Assembly (NCBI GenBank): GCA_031393795.1
Contig: JANMWE010000222.1
Location: 1-41,008 of the forward strand
Direction of reading: 5' to 3'
Source: Gemmatimonadota bacterium
Lineage (GTDB): Bacteria > Gemmatimonadota > Gemmatimonadetes > Gemmatimonadales > GWC2-71-9
DNA: 41,008 bases
Shown here: piece after piece, positions 36,246 through 41,008 of the stretch
How positions within the stretch are numbered: position 1 is the stretch's first letter
Layout: each line of letters opens with the position of its first letter
Notes under the pieces: generated by a model
What the model saw: only the letters and a program-made list of their open reading frames with translations
The model's database searches: none
Told to the model about the DNA's origin: nothing
Program-made: the position numbers and the translations under genes

Positions 36246-38144
36246 CTACACGAGCGTGGCGGCGTCGAGGATCAACGCCGGTACGCCATCGCCCAGGATC
36301 GCGGCACCGGAAAAGAGCGGGAGCATCCCGCGCGGTGCCTCGAAAGGTTCGACCACGATCTCCTGCTGTCCCACCAGCGCATCGGCCAGGAGTGCGGCGC
36401 GCCGGTCCCCCACCTGCAGGATGATGCCGGGCCGCCGGAGCGGCGGCGGGGTGTCGCACTTCACCCCCAGGACCACCCGGAGGTCGAGGGTCGGGATGAC
36501 CTCGTCGCGCAGCACCATGGCGTCCGATCCCTGCAGCACGCCCGCCGACTTGGGCGAGACCTCGATCGTCTCGGCCACCGACCCGAGCGGGAGCGCGTAG
36601 CGCTCGTTGCCGACCCGGGCCAGGAGGACCCGCACCACCGCGAGGGTCATCGGCAGCCGCAGGACCCAGGTGGTGCCCTTCCCTTCGGTGGTCCGGATCT
36701 CGACCGCCCCGCCCAGCTGGCGCACTTTCGAGACCACCACGTCGATGCCGACCCCGCGTCCGGAGACGTCGGTGACCTGCTTGGCGGTGCTGAAGCCGGC
36801 GCGCGCGATGACCCGGAGCAGTGCGTCGTCGTCCAGCCGCTCGACGTCGTCCTCGACCAGCCCTTCGCGCTTGGCCTTGAGCAGGATCGCACCCCGGTCG
36901 AGCCCGCGGCCATCGTCGCTCACGCGGATCACGACACCCTGCCGCTCCTGCGCCGCCGCCAGATGGAGGCGCCCTTCGACCGGCTTCCCGGCCTTCTTGC
37001 GATCGGCCGCCGGTTCGATGCCGTGGTCGAGGGCGTTCCGGATCAGGTGCAGGATCGAGTCGCCGATCTCCTCAAGGATGACCCGGTCGAGCTCGATCCC
37101 TTCCCCTTCGACGTCGAACCGCACCTGCTTGCCGAGCTGCCGCGCGAGGTCGCGCACGAGGCGCGGGAAGCGGTCGAAGGTCTGCCACACCGGCGTCATC
37201 CGGGCGGCGATGATCTCGGACTGCATGTCGCCGGTGAGGCGACCGATGCGGGCGGCGAGGGCCTCGAGCTCCGGGTGTTCGCGCGCCACCAGTTCCTGCA
37301 GGCGGCCCTTCGCGACCATCAGCTCGCCGACCTGGTTCATCAGGGTGTCGAGCCGGCGCAGGTCGACCCGGATGTGCGATCCGCGGTCGGCGGCGACCCG
37401 GGCCCCCTTCGCGGTCGGCGCGGCGGCGGCGGTCGCCGGCGCCGACTCCCCGACCTGCACCAGCTCCACGTCTCCCGCGCCGCGGAGCGCCGACTCGATC
37501 TCGGCCGCATTCCGGGTGGTCGCCAGCCGGAAGGCGAACTGCCCGTCGAACCCCTCGGCCTCGAAGGTGTTGATCGGAGGCCGGACCCCGCTCACCGTGC
37601 CCAACGCCTCGGCCCGCTTGAGGGTCAGGAGCGCGCGGACCCCCGGCATGATGGTGCCCGACTTGAGCCGCACCAGCACGTGGAGCCCTTCGCCGGCCGG
37701 GGCCGCCGCCATGTCCGAGATCCGGTGCGCGGCGGTGATGCGCATCGCCTCGGTATCGCTGGCCCCGGAGGCCGCGCGGTCCAGCTCCTGGCCGACACGG
37801 CCCAATTCCAATTGGGCGTCCCGCCCCTTCCCCGCCTCTTCGACCCCGTCCCCGAGGGCATCGACCGTCCGGAAAAGGAGATCCAGGAGATCGGGGCCGG
37901 GGACCAGTTTGCCGGCCCGGAGGCCGTCCAGCAGGTTCTCGGCGCGGTGGGCGAGGGCCGCGAGATTCGCGTAGCCCATCGTGCCGGCCATGCCCTTCAG
38001 GGTGTGGATGGAGCGGAAAAGACCGGCGATGTGGCCCGCGGCGCCGGCCGGATCGCGCTCCCACTCCAGGAGGAGCTGGTTGCAGGTACCGAGGTGTTCG
38101 CGGCTCTCGGTGAGGAAGAGCTCGGTGTACTTGGCGACGTCCAT
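36246..38144 (-). CDS. cheA: Chemotaxis histidine kinase CheA
   Basis: Hpt FRSIHTLKG, P2 domain, RVDLRRLDTLMNQVGEL, HLIRNALDHGIE, DDGRG, GFST..VSGRGVGIDVV, C-terminal CheW domain. Confidence 0.98.
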   Translation of the reverse strand: MDVAKYTELFLTESREHLGTCNQLLLEWERDPAGAAGHIAGLFRSIHTLKGMAGTMGYANLAALAHRAENLLDGLRAGKLVPGPDLLDLLFRTVDALGDGVEEAGKGRDAQLELGRVGQELDRAASGASDTEAMRITAAHRISDMAAAPAGEGLHVLVRLKSGTIMPGVRALLTLKRAEALGTVSGVRPPINTFEAEGFDGQFAFRLATTRNAAEIESALRGAGDVELVQVGESAPATAAAAPTAKGARVAADRGSHIRVDLRRLDTLMNQVGELMVAKGRLQELVAREHPELEALAARIGRLTGDMQSEIIAARMTPVWQTFDRFPRLVRDLARQLGKQVRFDVEGEGIELDRVILEEIGDSILHLIRNALDHGIEPAADRKKAGKPVEGRLHLAAAQERQGVVIRVSDDGRGLDRGAILLKAKREGLVEDDVERLDDDALLRVIARAGFSTAKQVTDVSGRGVGIDVVVSKVRQLGGAVEIRTTEGKGTTWVLRLPMTLAVVRVLLARVGNERYALPLGSVAETIEVSPKSAGVLQGSDAMVLRDEVIPTLDLRVVLGVKCDTPPPLRRPGIILQVGDRRAALLADALVGQQEIVVEPFEAPRGMLPLFSGAAILGDGVPALILDAATLV

Positions 38145-38148
38145 CGGA

Positions 38149-38511
38149 TCAACCGAGGACGCGCTGCACCGCCTCGAGCACCCGGGAAGGCTGGAACGGC
38201 TTGACGACGAAATCCTTCGCGCCCGCCTGGATCGCCTCGACCACCAGGGCCTGCTGGCCCATCGCGCTGCACATCAGGATCTTGGCGTCGGGATCCTGCC
38301 GGCAGATCTCGCGGACCGCGTCGATACCGCCCATGTCCGGCATCACGATGTCCATCGTGACCAGATCCGGCTTGAGCTGGAAATACTTCTCGACCGCCTG
38401 ACGGCCCGTCTCGGCCTCGCCGACGACCTCGAATCCCGCCTGCTGCAGGATGTCGGAGATCATCGTTCGCATGAAGATGGCGTCGTCGCACACGAGCACG
38501 GTGTGGCTCAC
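38149..38511 (-). CDS. cheY: Single-domain response regulator CheY
   Basis: VLVCDDAIFMR, TMDIVMP, CSAMGQQ, FVVKPF; closely resembles Bacillus/Thermotoga CheY. GTG start 38511 with SD GGAGG. Confidence 0.93.
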   Translation of the reverse strand: MSHTVLVCDDAIFMRTMISDILQQAGFEVVGEAETGRQAVEKYFQLKPDLVTMDIVMPDMGGIDAVREICRQDPDAKILMCSAMGQQALVVEAIQAGAKDFVVKPFQPSRVLEAVQRVLG

Positions 38512-38557
38512 GGAATACCCTCCCGACCGATCGCTACTGGGTGATGTCCTTGGGGGA

Positions 38558-38992
38558 TCATGCCCCGAGCACCGGCGCCAGCAGCGCATCGGTGTCGAGC
38601 ACTACAAAGAGACCGTCCTCACGCCGGCCCACCGCCCGTACCACGCGCGGATCGAGGCCCGGCAGACCCTCACGTCCTTCGAGGGCACTGGCGGGGATCG
38701 TCGTCAGGTCGAGCACCTTGTCGACCGCGAGCCCCACCGATTTCCCGTTCATCTCGAGCACCAGCACGCTCCGGTCCGTCACCAGCGACGGCCGCCCCAG
38801 GAGGCGGGACCCGTCGATCACCGTGAGGAGCCTGCCTCGCACGTTCGCCAACCCTTCCACCGCGTCGCCGGCCCCCGGGATACGGGTGCCACGTTCGAAC
38901 GGGACGATCTCCTTGGCGGTCTCGACCGGCACCGCGCAGGTCAGGTCGCCGACCAGAAAGACCAGGAGTCGGAGGGGAGCGGTATCAGCCAT
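38558..38992 (-). CDS. cheW: Chemotaxis coupling protein CheW
   Basis: LLVFLVG, TRIPGA..AVEGLANVRGRLLTVID, VGLAVDKV. ATG 38992 overlaps the 3' end of rluD. Confidence 0.9.
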   Translation of the reverse strand: MADTAPLRLLVFLVGDLTCAVPVETAKEIVPFERGTRIPGAGDAVEGLANVRGRLLTVIDGSRLLGRPSLVTDRSVLVLEMNGKSVGLAVDKVLDLTTIPASALEGREGLPGLDPRVVRAVGRREDGLFVVLDTDALLAPVLGA

Positions 38993-39995
38993 TGTCTTCG
39001 AAGAAACCAAGATACCCAAGCCCTTGTCGGTCAGCAACTTCCGGCCCCTCGCCCGAGGCCAGCCGGAGGGCCTGCCGGAGGTCCGCCGGCCACTCGCTCC
39101 GGAACCGGAGGGGCTCGCCGCTGATGGGATGGCGGAAGGCGAGCTCGGCAGCGTGCAACGCCTGCCGCTTCGCGGCCCGTTCGAGCGCCTCGGCGTCCAG
39201 GCGGGAGGCCCCGCCGATGCGCCGGCTCCCCCCCGCCCCGTAGACCGGGTCGCCCACCACCGGGTGGCCGATGTGGGCGAGATGCACCCGGATCTGGTGG
39301 GTGCGCCCGGAGTGGAGCACGCAGCGCACCAGGTCGCAGACCCCGAACCGGGCGACCACGTGGATGTCGGTCCGCGCCGCCCGGCCTCCCTCGATGATCG
39401 CCATCCGGGTCCGATCCTTGGGATGGCGGTCGATCGGGGCCTCGATGATCGTCGGGTCCTCATCGATGTGCCCCCAGACCAGGGCGGCATAGCGGCGATT
39501 CACCTTCCGGGCCGCGAGTGCGGCGCCGAGGCGCCGGTGCGCCAAGTCGTTCTTGGCAACGACGATAAGGCCGGAGGTGTCGCGGTCGAGGCGGTGGACG
39601 ATCCCGGGGCGCCCCTCCACCCCGCCGCCAAGCGCAGTGCCGCGTGCCACCAGTGCGTTGACGAGGGTGTCGTCCCAATGGCCGGGGGCGGGATGGACCA
39701 CCAGACCGGCCGGCTTGTCGATCACCGCGAGGTGCTCATCCTCCCAGACCACCGTGAGGGGGATGTTGGCGGGGAGGAGATGGCGGGGGGGATCGATGTC
39801 GGGGATGGTGACGGTGATCTCGTCGCCGTGCTCGGGGGTCCGCGAGGCGCGGGCGACGATGCCGTTGATCTGCACCTGCTTGTCGGCCACGAGCCGCGCG
39901 GCCTGTGTCCGGGAGAGACTGAGCTGGTCGGCGAGGAAACGGTCGAGGCGCTCCGCCTTGCCCGGCACGACGCACAACCGGCGGAGGTCGGGCAT
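38985..39995 (-). CDS. rluD: RluA/RluD family pseudouridine synthase
   Basis: S4-like ERLDRFLA, DKPAGLVVHP, GIVHRLDRDTSG (catalytic Asp), GRTHQIRVH, RQALHA. ATG 39995 overlaps the lspA stop. Confidence 0.93.
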   Translation of the reverse strand: MPDLRRLCVVPGKAERLDRFLADQLSLSRTQAARLVADKQVQINGIVARASRTPEHGDEITVTIPDIDPPRHLLPANIPLTVVWEDEHLAVIDKPAGLVVHPAPGHWDDTLVNALVARGTALGGGVEGRPGIVHRLDRDTSGLIVVAKNDLAHRRLGAALAARKVNRRYAALVWGHIDEDPTIIEAPIDRHPKDRTRMAIIEGGRAARTDIHVVARFGVCDLVRCVLHSGRTHQIRVHLAHIGHPVVGDPVYGAGGSRRIGGASRLDAEALERAAKRQALHAAELAFRHPISGEPLRFRSEWPADLRQALRLASGEGPEVADRQGLGYLGFFEDNG

Positions 39996-40495
39996 CAGCT
40001 GGTGCGCACCACTTCTTTCTGGTTGTCCTCGTCCCAGAGCGACCAGGCGAGCAGGATGGCGCCGCAGCTCACTCCGATGTCGGCCACGTTGAACGTGGGC
40101 CACCGGTGGACGCCGATCCCGACATCGAGGAAGTCGACGACCCCCTGCGCATTCCGGATCCGGTCGACCAAGTTGCCGAAAGCGCCGCCGGTCACGAGCC
40201 CGGTGGCAAGCTGGCGCACCCGGTCACCCGGCAGCGCGGTGCGGCTCATCCGATCGAGCACGATGATCGCGCCGACCGCCACGCCGAGGAAGATCCAGCG
40301 CGACCAGGGGCCGAGGTGAAGGCCGAAGGCGGCGCCGGGATTGTAGACCAGACGAAGCTGGACCGTGTCGCCCAGCACGGCCACCGCGCTCCGGAGCGCG
40401 AGCTGGGCCTCGGCGATGAGTTTGGTAGCGAGGTCCGCCACCACGACGCACCCCGCCGCGACCCAGAAGAGCCGGCGCTCAGCGGCGCTTGGCAT
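39995..40495 (-). CDS. lspA: Lipoprotein signal peptidase II
   Basis: DLATK, NPGAAFG, GAFGNLVDR, VVDFL, FNVAD. Confidence 0.97.
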   Translation of the reverse strand: MPSAAERRLFWVAAGCVVVADLATKLIAEAQLALRSAVAVLGDTVQLRLVYNPGAAFGLHLGPWSRWIFLGVAVGAIIVLDRMSRTALPGDRVRQLATGLVTGGAFGNLVDRIRNAQGVVDFLDVGIGVHRWPTFNVADIGVSCGAILLAWSLWDEDNQKEVVRTS

Positions 40496-40862
40496 CCTCT
40501 TCCTTCTCCTTGCAGGCGATGCAGAGCCGCGCGTGGGGCAGCGCGTCGAGCCGTTCGAAGCCCACCTCGTTGCCGCAGGTCTCGCACTTCCCGAACGTCT
40601 CGGGCGACGAGTAGAGCCGGCGGAGCGCCTGGTTCACGTGCCAGAGGTAGCGCCCCTCCTTGGAGGCCATCAGGAACTGCTTCTCGCGCTCCATGGCGTC
40701 GGTGCCCTGGTCGGCCATGTGGAACGAGTAGGAGGAGAGGTCGCCATCCGCGCCCTGGAGGGTGGTGTTGAATGACTCGTCGTAGAACCCGAGCTCCTTC
40801 ATCACGCGCGTCCGCTCTTCAAGGAGGCGCTTCTCCAGGTGGGCCAGCTGCTTCTTGTTCAT
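40479..40862 (-). CDS. TraR/DksA family C4 zinc-finger protein
   Basis: Coiled coil with HMADQGTD tip, CETC...ERLDALP..RLCIAC zinc finger. Confidence 0.92.
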   Translation of the reverse strand: MNKKQLAHLEKRLLEERTRVMKELGFYDESFNTTLQGADGDLSSYSFHMADQGTDAMEREKQFLMASKEGRYLWHVNQALRRLYSSPETFGKCETCGNEVGFERLDALPHARLCIACKEKEEDAKRR

Positions 40863-40882
40863 ACGCTCCGGGGGGTTCGTGG

Positions 40883-41008
40883 TCAGGTCGCGGCGCCGAG
40901 GCGCGCGAGACCGACGGTGACGGCGTGGCCGTCGAGATCCAACTGCTGTTCGAGCTCGGGCTTCTCGAGCGTCCCGCCGGGCTCGAACCGGCGGGCGAGC
41001 GTCTCTTC
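40883..41008 (-). CDS. ileS: Probable C-terminus of isoleucyl-tRNA synthetase (5'-truncated)
   Basis: Hand translation EETLARRFEPGGTLEKPELEQQLDLDGHAVTVGLARLGAAT*; resembles type-2 IleRS C-termini; the ileS-dksA-lspA order is familiar from FCB-group genomes. Confidence 0.6.
   Translation of the reverse strand, partial: EETLARRFEPGGTLEKPELEQQLDLDGHAVTVGLARLGAAT

Overview
GC-rich (about 70% by eye) bacterial chromosomal window. Every gene I can support is on the minus strand and most overlap or abut their neighbours. Gene content and order suggest Gemmatimonadota or a related FCB-group lineage (inference only). In transcription order (right to left): ileS 3' end, dksA/traR, lspA, rluD; an ~18 kb signalling cluster (cheW, cheY, cheA, cheC, large TPR protein, DUF4388-MshEN-TPR, TPR-Roadblock, Roadblock, mglB, mglA, tandem DnaA-like AAA+ protein, second DUF4388-MshEN-TPR, cheR, cheD, cheB, cheW, cheW, TPR protein, HExxH metallopeptidase); a small membrane protein, tRNA-Val(TAC), a secreted TPR-like protein, tRNA-Asp(GTC); a dcw cluster lacking mraZ, murB and ddl (rsmH, ftsL, ftsI, murE, murF, mraY, murD, ftsW, murG, murC, ftsQ, ftsA, ftsZ); an M23 peptidase, a lone hisA and a truncated vWA membrane protein. 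The best candidate for an undescribed system is the receptor-less, Bacillus/Thermotoga-like Che pathway, whose operon encloses a Myxococcus-like MglA/MglB polarity module, two putative c-di-GMP-binding DUF4388-MshEN-TPR proteins and a double-AAA+ DnaA paralog with no DNA-binding domain. Smaller signals are two heptamer-repeat palindromes, an AT-rich operator-like palindrome ahead of murC and two sigma70-like promoters. All product calls come from motif recognition by eye; no searches were run.
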